A stretch of DNA of 64,000 nt, taken from NCBI RefSeq assembly GCF_001194135.2, contig NC_068984.1:55819571-55883570 (forward strand), in the 5' to 3' direction. The position numbers and the translations under genes are program-made. Below are positions 53,541 through 64,000 of this stretch, piece after piece (the first letter of the stretch is position 1; each line of letters begins with the position of its first letter). Source of the DNA: Octopus bimaculoides. Lineage: Eukaryota. The notes under the pieces are model-generated. The model saw nothing but the letters and a program-made list of their open reading frames with translations. It made no database searches and was not told the origin of the DNA.

Positions 53541-56500
53541 CTATATATACATACATACGTATAGATAGATAGATAGATAGACAGATAGATACATACATAC
53601 ATACATACATACATACATGCATACAATCGACCATACTATACGTGTTTCGGTTTAAGGATCTTGCCAAGCGTGACACTCTTGACAAGATCCATCAGTCAAA
53701 ACAGCTGTGATGTGATCGATTGAAGAAATGTAAGTAAAAATCCTGCATTCGCTTTATGTATAGAATACTGTCTCGAAACGTGTATGCTTGGTTTTATTTC
53801 CATTAACAAAAGAACATTTATGTCTGTGTGTACACCTGTGTGTACACCTGTGTGTGTGTGTCTGTGTGTATGTATGTATGTATGTATATACATGTATGTA
53901 TATGTGTGTGTGCGTGTGTGTACATTCGTGCGTGTGTGTACATTCGTGCGTGCGTGCATGCGTGTGTGTATGTATTTGCGTTCGAGTGTGCGTGCATGCG
54001 TGAGCGTTTGTGTGGATATATATATATATATATATATATATTAACTTTCGTCCTCTCCCCACCAATGAATTCCCGTCTATTTCTCTTCAATAGCCGCTTT
54101 AAGTTTTATCATTATATATCGTCTCTCACACACTACACTCAATCCTCACACCCTGTTACTGCATCACTTCTTCCTTCCCTTGTCTGACTTCCTCTTACGT
54201 CGATCCTTCCTCAGATGAAATTATCATTATTCTATTAATAGATAGTAGTATGTATTAGCGACGTCTCCGCAGATACTCCTCTCAAAATGATTATCACCAT
54301 AACTCTGTAAACATGTTATCGTCTTTCTATACTTAATGGAGAATATTTCTGTTACTTTAATAGTATTTGATTTGATTGAGCATCCGACTCTATAGCCTCC
54401 TGGATATTTTAGACGATGATCGATATCACCTGATCATGTATACAACTTAAAAGCACAAGACTTTGCCAAAACAGTTAACAGTAAACTTTTTTAAACCTTA
54501 AAGCAGAAACTGGAAAAGCTGAAGCTTTTAAGTATTTTAATAAACAAACATCTATGATACGATTCTTTAAGATCGCAATCGATTTCTGATATAAGTTTTA
54601 GTTTTAAAGATAACAACAGCATATGTCGATAGCAACAAATAATGTCTTCTTGAAAAATAAAACCAATGTTTGGAACAACAGACGGAAGGAAAAAGCTATA
54701 TCTCCCTAAATTACTCAACAAATAGATAGGAAATATATTTATCCGTTTTTCTGCTTCTTTTAGCTTAAACGACCACTGTGAGAACTTTTGTTTGATCACA
54801 TGACCTGCTGAAATAGTATAACACTCGTCATCCTCATTTCCCAACTTAATTCATTTAAAAGAAAATGTCACATTGTTTTATCGGTAGGGACGAGCTGTGC
54901 CGTGATATATTTTTCATCGAAGCTTCCAAGACTCGTGTCACGAAGAGAGAAAGTTTTTTTCTCAAAATAATCTGATCTTTGCAAGGAAATGGATCCCACT
55001 AAAAACATCCAAGAAATTGGTGGTTGTGTTTCAGCAGATGCTTTGTAAACTATACTGCCCGATCACTCTGAACACAAAGACGCGAAACAAATACAGCATG
55101 ATGTCTAGTCCAACATTCAAACAACATCGCCAATCCTGAGCTGATATCGGTCCCTAACGGATATGAAGCAAAATTACGAGATTTGAACCCTCAGCATAGA
55201 GAGACGGTACAAATAGTGCAAGAGGTATTGTCCCACAATTTAATGATCCTACCTCAAAATAAAGTGTTAGATACTCTACACCTGAGAAAAATGGAGTGAT
55301 CAGAGTCGGAATGCCTTGCTTTACTCTTACTCGCTTTACCTAGGGCTAAACAATTACTAAAGCAGAAAATGACAACAACAACTGCGACAACAATAACTTC
55401 ACAATCAGACAGTATAAATACTGGAAAATATATTTTTATACTATTTTCGTCTGCCTCTAAAAATAAGTTGGAAAACGTTCACTTCAGAAGAGTGATATCA
55501 ACTTTTCTCATTGTCTTGCATAAGACCAAAATCTTATAAGTAGATGATATATCTAATTGAATTGACCTGAATATATCTGGACTTTTATATAGTTGCTGCA
55601 CCTGTCAGAATTAACAGCCAAATCTTTTTCAAATTACACCCTAATGTCTTCCAAAAAAATGGAAGTATATGTAGGATAAGGAAGTCTTTCACAGTTGAAA
55701 GACAAGCTTTGATGACGTATGTAGAAGCTCGCTCAGCGTCGATGGCACCTCTAACAGTCAGGCTTAACTATATATTTATAACAGGAACTGAATAGGAAAT
55801 AAATCTTTTCTTAACAGAGTTGCTAATGTCAAATTATTTGGTACTTATAATCTAGCCTTTAGTTGCTTTGTGACTTTCCAGATTTTAAATACCTTTTTTT
55901 AAATGTCTTTCTTAAAATTTTCACGCCCAGATTTTTGTGGGACACGCAAAGCTGTTTACCAAAAGAGTGGGCGAGCGTTCTTCTACTGACAACAATCTAA
56001 CAAAACGGTCTGCGACGTAGAAAGTATGCCGTCAATCTACACGCACATTGTTACAGAGTTATTCGCCCGGAAACACGGAGCATTTGGATTCTTTTCATGG
56101 CGTATGGTGCTGGAAACCACTCATCCATCCTTTGTGTTATTCAGCGACGACTACGATGGCCAACATATAACAATTCTGTTCAAAGAAAAAGCAAATCACA
56201 ATGCATATGAATTCACAGTCCCTATGATTTGCATTTTCGCCAGGTTTTCTCTATAATTTCTATAGTTATTACGATATAAAACAACTGATAATTACTTGAA
56301 ACCAACTCAAACTTAACACCGCAGGAATTTAACTATAAGCAAAATTAAAGATAAGTTATTTTTGAAAATAAGTTTACAAGTTTAACTGTGAATAGAAATA
56401 CTGTTGATTTAGGGGTGTAAATTGCTGTTTAGTCTCCGACCGGAAATGTTTCGACAGATAAATGATCAAAGGCATTCAATTCGTGGCCATTCGATCTTTT

Positions 56501-56738
56501 TGCATGTAGCGAACCATTATTACCAAGAGTGTTCTTTCTTTTCTCGGGACGGTAACAAGTGATTTGAGAGAGATTTGGTTGATATTTTAGCTGATTGAGA
56601 GGCCACTTAAAGGGTATCTCGATCATCATTCGCATGGCTCTTTGTGATGTAAGTATGTAGCAAAGGTATTAATGAAATTTTCTCATTTTGTAAGGTATAG
56701 TTAATATCAAAATAATCTGTAAACCGGCTTGGATTAAA

Positions 56739-57075
56739 GACGCAGGCACGGCCGTGTCTTTAAAAAGCTTGTTTTGTAACCGCCTGGTTTCTGATTCAGT
56801 CGCTTTAGACAAATGTTATTTACTATAGCCTAATGGTTGATCTATACCACGTGAATTGTATGTATGTGTGTGTTTCGTATTCGTCCCCACCACCGCTTGA
56901 CAACCAGTGTTCGTTATTAGATGTCCCCGTATCCTAACGGTTCGGCAAAGAAGCCTGATAGAATAAGTACCAGACTTACAAATATAAGTATTGAGGTCAT
57001 TTTATTAGACTAAACCTATCAAGGTGGGACCTCATCATGGCCGTAGTCAAGTAACTGATGCAGGGAAAAGAAAAA
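56739..57075 (+). mobile_element. SINE type A, degenerate full-length copy
   Basis: Head GACGCAGGCACGGCCGTG, body CCGCTTGACAACCAGTG...GGTTCGGCAAAG...GAATAAGTACCAG, tail CATGGCCGTAGTCAAG. Confidence 0.8.
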
Positions 57076-57714
57076 AGAAAATGTAATTTATATTTTGCGA
57101 AGACCTATCTAATTTTCCATACAGCACTGTAAAATTATTTCCTAGTATATTTGTATTCTTTGGTTAAACATAACTTGGGCATTATGCTTAGCAGCAGTTC
57201 TTTTCTTTTTTTACTTTTTTAATTATATAACCTTAGCTCTGCTCAAAACATTTGTAACGATGTGAGCCAAGGTGTTGACCATTTATGTCATTTTTGTAGA
57301 TATTATCTAAATCACACTAAAAGAATATTATTTTGTTTCCAGTGAAAAATTCTGTTCTTAATAGCCTTAATAAATTTTCTTTCTGACATATCTAATTAAA
57401 TAAAATAAAAGAGAAACTTATCTCCCACCGTCATTTCTTTTTGTTCTATACAGAATACACTGAAAATTAAACAACCTTGTTTCCACAGAAATATCTACGA
57501 ATCGGCAGAGTAATTGGTGTAAAAGAATCAAATTAATTGGTTCCTTATATTTTGCCAGCTAAATGATAGAGGGTAAATACCACCTGGGAGTATTTTGCAA
57601 ATACAATACGATCTCACAAAACATCGTGAGTTGAAAAACTTCGTTCAATGTAGATTATACAAACAATTTAGTAGACAAACATTCACCCTAAATTTGCTTA
57701 AAATCTAGAAACGA

Positions 57715-58838
57715 CAAACAAACTTTCTCAATTAAGACTATGTTTGGCTTCCTATTTTCTATCTCATGGTCGCACTGAATCATAAAATCCCATAGGATCT
57801 TTGCATTTCTATCTTCGACGATACCTTCAGGTTTGTGGTCGTACCAATTTTTTCTCTGTCAAGTCCATACTTGTTGCAAAGCGTCCAATGGACAAGCCTG
57901 GCTATATTGTTGTGGTGTCTCTCATATTCCTTCTGGGCTAGTGGCGTACATTGGCTGGTGATATGCCATACGGTTTCACCGTTTTGTCCACAGATTCTGC
58001 ACTTATCACTTTCTGCTGTGTTGTCTATTCTGTATTTTATGCAGTTTGTTCTTAGTGCTTGTTCTTGGGCAGCACTGATTAGAGCCTCCGTTTCCGGTTT
58101 TAAATCACTTTTAGTCATCCACAGCGATCTTTTTTCTCTGTCTTATCTTCAACATCCCTATGAAATTCACCATGCATCCTATTTTCAGTTTCATTCGTTT
58201 TCAGTTTCTTATGTAGTGCTTTATCTTTGCAATCTTTCATCCTACACAAGCCTGACCTTCTTACTTCTAATAATAGCGGTTCTGTGGCATTTTTTTACAT
58301 ACCATCCTATGTTGTTTTCTTCTGCTCTAATGCTGTGTTCGCATCCAATGAGTCTTATCATATAGTCTCTCTGTTCCACCTTTTGGGTGGAGTGACCCAT
58401 ATCTAGTTAGCAACTTTCTTGTCTTTCTGTCTAAGCAGTTTAGTTCGTCTACTGTCCAAGCGATTACCCCTGTTCCATATCTAAGGAGTGAAACCGCCCA
58501 GGTGTTGATAGCTTCGACCTTATTCCGTCCGTTTAATTTCGACTTAAGGATCAGTCTCAGTCTGCGTAAGTACTCCACCTTAAATTTTTCTGTCATTTCT
58601 TTCTCCATCAATTTATCCATTTCCAAAATCCCCAAGTACTTATAGCCCATCTCTTCTATCTGATTTATAACCTCCCCCGACGGTACCGTTAGCCCGTCCA
58701 TACATTTGATTTTGCTTCTCTTCAAGACTAACACACCACACTTTCTAAGTCCGAACTCCAATCTGACATCAGCACTGAAGGTATACATCATATCAAGGAC
58801 GGAACTGACAAGGGCTTCATCTTTACCATAAAGTTTGA
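57715..58838 (-). mobile_element. R4/Dong-like (RLE-clade) non-LTR retrotransposon, 5'-truncated
   Basis: KLYGKDE...FGLRKCGVL, YKYLGILE, KSKLNGRNKVEAINTWAV and LHPK; CCHC-type knuckle CRICGQNGETVWHITSQC; KILWDF and RKPNIVLIEK (PD motif mutated). Confidence 0.9.
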
Positions 58839-58853
58839 ATTATTATTATTATT

Positions 58854-58885
<32 letters not shown>

Positions 58886-58925
58886 AGTTGTTGTTGTTGT
58901 TGTTGTCGTCATTATCATTATTATT
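58839..58925. repeat. (ATT)n/(GTT)n trinucleotide microsatellite
   Basis: Read directly; abuts the 5' junction of the Dong-like element. Confidence 0.95.
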
Positions 58926-59054
58926 TGGTTCATACTCCGCCTATCCTGAGGTTGACGTCCTGCATCGTACTAAATTAGATATTGGAGTGAAACAGGAAAC
59001 CCAAAACTGTGCCTAACTTTGGTTATGTGTCGTACTATGCAGTAAATTTTATCG

Positions 59055-59954
59055 NNNNNNNNNNNNNNNNNNNNNNNNNNNNNNNNNNNNNNNNNNNNNN
59101 NNNNNNNNNNNNNNNNNNNNNNNNNNNNNNNNNNNNNNNNNNNNNNNNNNNNNNNNNNNNNNNNNNNNNNNNNNNNNNNNNNNNNNNNNNNNNNNNNNNN
59201 NNNNNNNNNNNNNNNNNNNNNNNNNNNNNNNNNNNNNNNNNNNNNNNNNNNNNNNNNNNNNNNNNNNNNNNNNNNNNNNNNNNNNNNNNNNNNNNNNNNN
59301 NNNNNNNNNNNNNNNNNNNNNNNNNNNNNNNNNNNNNNNNNNNNNNNNNNNNNNNNNNNNNNNNNNNNNNNNNNNNNNNNNNNNNNNNNNNNNNNNNNNN
59401 NNNNNNNNNNNNNNNNNNNNNNNNNNNNNNNNNNNNNNNNNNNNNNNNNNNNNNNNNNNNNNNNNNNNNNNNNNNNNNNNNNNNNNNNNNNNNNNNNNNN
59501 NNNNNNNNNNNNNNNNNNNNNNNNNNNNNNNNNNNNNNNNNNNNNNNNNNNNNNNNNNNNNNNNNNNNNNNNNNNNNNNNNNNNNNNNNNNNNNNNNNNN
59601 NNNNNNNNNNNNNNNNNNNNNNNNNNNNNNNNNNNNNNNNNNNNNNNNNNNNNNNNNNNNNNNNNNNNNNNNNNNNNNNNNNNNNNNNNNNNNNNNNNNN
59701 NNNNNNNNNNNNNNNNNNNNNNNNNNNNNNNNNNNNNNNNNNNNNNNNNNNNNNNNNNNNNNNNNNNNNNNNNNNNNNNNNNNNNNNNNNNNNNNNNNNN
59801 NNNNNNNNNNNNNNNNNNNNNNNNNNNNNNNNNNNNNNNNNNNNNNNNNNNNNNNNNNNNNNNNNNNNNNNNNNNNNNNNNNNNNNNNNNNNNNNNNNNN
59901 NNNNNNNNNNNNNNNNNNNNNNNNNNNNNNNNNNNNNNNNNNNNNNNNNNNNNN
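59055..59954. other. Assembly gap (N-run)
   Basis: 900 N characters. Confidence 1.
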
Positions 59955-59991
<37 letters not shown>

Positions 59992-62069
59992 ATCACTTTA
60001 CCATTGTCATCTGAGCAAAATAATTTTCGCTGAAGAGATCTAACATGAACGAAATATATTCATTACTTTTCATTAGTTGGGTTATTTGATCTATCTCACT
60101 TGCTTGTTGTTTTGCATTACAAAATGTCCCTTTAGTATTTGTGACTTGTGTAAACCCATGAGGAGTTTATTACATTCTGTCATAAATGGTATTGTCGTTT
60201 TCAATTAGTATTACTCTATTAAAGATGTCATATTGTATATAAATATTTACATCAAGCTGAAGCCTCATCTTTACGATTTAGTACAGTATTTAGAGTATTG
60301 ATAAACGACATATTTAATGACTTTTTACACGAAATATATTTCCTTTATCTTAATTTATATTACGCTGTGATAAGTTTTCAGCTTAACATATATAAATACT
60401 TCACATTGTGGTTCTTCACCCTTAATTTTATGTATCTCAGTTCAAGCTATGTCAACTACTGTGTCACATAAATTTAACACAATCACTTTCTTATGAACTA
60501 GAAGTGATTAAAAGTAAACCTTTATCAAAAGCTTCCAGAAATACTAGGTCTAAGCAATATTGGATTTAACAAACTTCTAACTTCGCATGATTATTATATT
60601 CTAATATACATTAGTTCTGGCTCTTCTTGCACTGTTTATGTCTTGCTACTTGGATAAGCAATAGGCTTTAAACTGCTGATAGAATAATATATTGAAAAAT
60701 GATTACAAGAGAGATAGCAGATTTACTATTAACAGTAGCACTAGCAGTAACAGTCACTATTTTTATTGCGAATACATAGGCAAATACAAACATATTTTTT
60801 TAGACAAACTACTTCATTACAGTAAGTTTATATTTGGATATCTCCAACCTAGGAAACAAAATTTTTTTCGGTAGAATTGTGTAGTTCAGACAATGTATTA
60901 TTTGTTTGTTAGAAATAAGTAGTTCAAACAATGCAATTATCTGAAAAGAGAAGTTACTACTCATATTTTCAGTCAAAGGATAAACTCTTAATTGAACTGC
61001 TTAAGGAAGAAGGTTTTTCTTTCATAATACTTAAAGATGGCTAATTTATTAATAATGGACTACATATAATGCTGATCTGGTTACATTTTAAGTGTGTTTT
61101 ACCTGCCGAGCTAATGAAGCTTAAAATCATATTTTCCGTATATCGAACAAAACATGAAAGGTTAGCTATCGATTCTGACAGTAAGTGACATGTTTGCTGA
61201 AAGTCTCGATCATTAGTAATTTCGGAAGCATTAATACCCATATTTTCCTTTCTCTCTAATTCTCATGTCATTCTAGAGCCCTCGTCTCGGTAATTAACCC
61301 AAATACATTTTACTTTAAATATGATTATTAATCTTCAACGTAAAACATTGGAGGAACTTTCACTAGCAGAAATCCATTTTAAATATTGATATTTTAACGT
61401 TTTCTCTTTGTTTCTTTCCTAAATCTTGATCTTTTAAAACTTCAATTTGCAGCAATCGATTATTTTCTGATGGAATTAAAAGCAATAGGAAAAGAAAGAG
61501 TTGTCTTTTTATTTTTGTTACTCGTTTTGTTTGGTATTCTCTTTTTCAGCTTTTGCAGAAGGAAATGAATACAAAATGGACTTAAGTATGTTTTCTAGAA
61601 CTTTATCTTAGAGCCTATGTGGGGTCATGTCTGAAATTAGAAATAATAGTTTGTTATTCTTTGCTTCAAAACTTAAGCGGAAGTTATAAATTTTCAAAAG
61701 AAGCCAAATAGCACGGTTATGTAATTTGAAGGGAAATTGTTTTGTCAATCAAACTCTACTCTACTGCGTACAATGTAACAGGATACGCAAGGATTTGTTG
61801 ACGATGTATAGTAATGTTTGCGTGTGTAGGTGTATGCCTGACGTCTAGATGCACATACATGTATGTATGTATGTATGTATGTATGGATGGATGGATGGAT
61901 GGATGGATGGATGGATGTACATGTATATGTATTATGTTTATGGAGGTATAAATGTAAATGTGTGTGATGTATGTGTATATGCATGTATGTATGTAAGTAC
62001 GTAGGTAGGTGAGAAGGGATTACATAAACACAAACATACATCTATNNNNNNNNNNATGCGTACAAACTA

Positions 62070-62360
62070 TGCAAGAATACTCGAGGAATGATTCCATCAA
62101 GACATCAATAAAATGCAAGCTTAACAAGCGAGATATAATTATCTTGGACAGAAAATAAAATCATTGCTCATAGTTGCCCAGCAGATGACAACATAATGGT
62201 AAAAATGAGAAGAAAATATATCTATGCCTTGCGGTTATGGAATCTATTGTTACAACATCTTCGCTATAGATTTAGATTTCTACCAATAGTTATTGGAGCA
62301 CTTGGAGCTGTTAGCAAATGCTTCAGTAGAAACCTTGAAGATGTTTGGGTTTCTAATTTT
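62070..62360 (+). mobile_element. R4/Dong-like LINE RLE-domain remnant
   Basis: IKTSIKCKLNKRDIIILDRK, CPADDNI and FRFLPIVIGALGAVSK. Confidence 0.7.
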
Positions 62361-62589
62361 ATGGGTAACTACAAATGATTTTTGTCTTCACTCTCAGTGC
62401 GAGAGTTCCTTCGTAAGATAGAGACTGCAATCACATTTGCTTTGTTTAGGGCATAATTTACTAAGATTTTAGAGTATTTATGTTTCTCAAAAAGATATTA
62501 TTAGTTCTACCCGTTCACAATCTGGTCGATTTATGCCCATAACAATTGAACATATACATCTTGCCATAATAAATATGATATATCTTTTA

Positions 62590-63730
62590 ATATGCGATGA
62601 TTAACAAGAGCTAAAATCTATGTAATGATGTGTCTGTGTCCTGGCAGTAGAGGGCAGTAAGAGTCTCATTTTCCTTAATTACCAAAATATTCAAAAGAGG
62701 AGGTTCCTTTTCATTTATTTCTGTAGCAAACTCGATCGATTCACGAAAGCTGATTATTAAATTAAGGAATCTTGTAAAGGCTTCCTTACTTTTATACCAA
62801 AACATGAAACAGTAATCCAGGAATCTTTTCCAGTTCTCTTTTAAATATGATTAATCCCAGAATAGGCATATATATTTTCTTCAAGAAATCCCATTACAAG
62901 TGTTGCAAACGTGAGTGCAACATTTGTGCCCATTGCCACCCCCTTTTATTTGAAGGTAATATTTGTTAGCAAAGAGGTTATTTTCTCGCACCAGTCGTTA
63001 TCCTTCTCATACAAATTCTTTAGACAATCTCTTTTGAATTGTGTGTATTTGTTTATGTGGAATTCTATTACTTCAAATCCTAATCCATGGTGAGTATTTG
63101 TATAGACGCTAATCATCTCGAAATTAACCATGAGTGTCTCTCTATACACTCTTTCTGGAATATCTCTGATGAAACTAGGATCAAATTTGCATAATGGTTT
63201 CAGAAGTATGTCAATTACATTGTTTACTCATTCCTTACCTGATATTGGTCTTGTAACAGTTGGGTGTAACTTTAAATCAGACAGTTTGAGCATCTTCACG
63301 TGGCGTATGGAGATTCTTTAAGCAGTTATGGATTTCTTTGAATGCCTGAATTTTTTTGTAATCCATAAAGGTTACTTGATTTAACTGAAACTTGATAAGG
63401 TTATCGAACTTCATTTCTATCCGTAAATGTATTACTTTTGGATAAGTTGGTTCAGTATTTCCTTGAATCTTAAGTATCATGAGTTTTCATTACATTTTCT
63501 CTGAAACTACTGTTTCATTAAAGACGTTTCGTTTTGTGAGTGGTTTGTACCCAGTTTTTCTATTTAATTTTTTGAAGAGGGTTTCCAGTTGTTTGTGTCT
63601 AGTACTATTTTTTACGCCGTCTTCGTTGCTATATTGGTTCATTTTTAATAAATTTATTGGTTTCTTTGGTTGGACGATCTGTTTTTGCTTTCATCTTCCA
63701 TTGTTATTGCTTGAAGTGTTTTATGATAGT
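62590..63730 (-). mobile_element. Penelope-like element RT remnant
   Basis: MVNFEMISVYTNTHHGLG (SFDVxSLYTNI-like), GVAMGTNVALTFATLVMGFLEE (AMG..AP..A-like) and FLNLI..IEFATE...LLNILV; multiple stops and frameshifts. Confidence 0.8.
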
Positions 63731-64000
63731 TGAATTTGCTTTGGCATAAATTACTGAATTTCAGTTCAAATTTTGATTATCTCTGCATACGAGGAAAACA
63801 AGACAAACAACACAAAAAACGACCCTTCATCAGTTGTTGGCTATTTTTCTACTCTCGTAGAAATTTCGAGCATTTAACAAGATGCGCTTTCGATAAAACA
63901 GTTGCTCCCGCAAAGCAAATTAAATAAAATCTGGGATTTTGTGGAGGGTCAAAATTGATAACACAGAGCAGTGAAAACAAACAGGAAGGGCTGCTAAACG

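Noticed and set aside
54491-54844. 117-aa minus-strand ORF
   Set aside because: It starts at TTG, has AT-rich intron-like composition, no matching donor site and no recognisable domain.
57835-58365. 176-aa plus-strand hydrophobic ORF
   Set aside because: It is the antisense shadow of the Dong-like ORF.
63800-63890. CTGATGAAGGG plus an upstream GAAA hairpin on the minus strand as a type II hammerhead
   Set aside because: The NUH triplet and helix I cannot be formed in the required positions.

Overview
This is an AT-rich animal genomic window from a gapped short-read assembly (about 15 N-runs, most of them next to (TA)n). The microsatellite density and SINE repertoire look like a cephalopod (octopus-type) genome; that assignment is an inference. 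I recognise no complete protein-coding gene, rRNA, tRNA gene or CRISPR array. Nearly all ORFs in the supplied track are artefacts of microsatellites, N-gaps or antisense reading of transposons. The interpretable content is decayed mobile DNA: tRNA-derived SINEs of at least three types; non-LTR retrotransposon fragments (RTE, Jockey/CR1-like, R4/Dong-like with restriction-like endonuclease, Penelope-like); IS630-Tc1-mariner remnants (DD37D maT, DD41D rosa-like, DD34D mariner); and a Helitron-like non-autonomous element. The most interesting unexplained signals are (i) minimal Penelope-type hammerhead ribozyme motifs with a palindromic helix III, (ii) several fold-back or inverted structures, (iii) two maT copies sharing one internal deletion, and (iv) a few exon-like segments that may belong to a large-intron host gene. 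I see no convincing evidence of a wholly new biological system.
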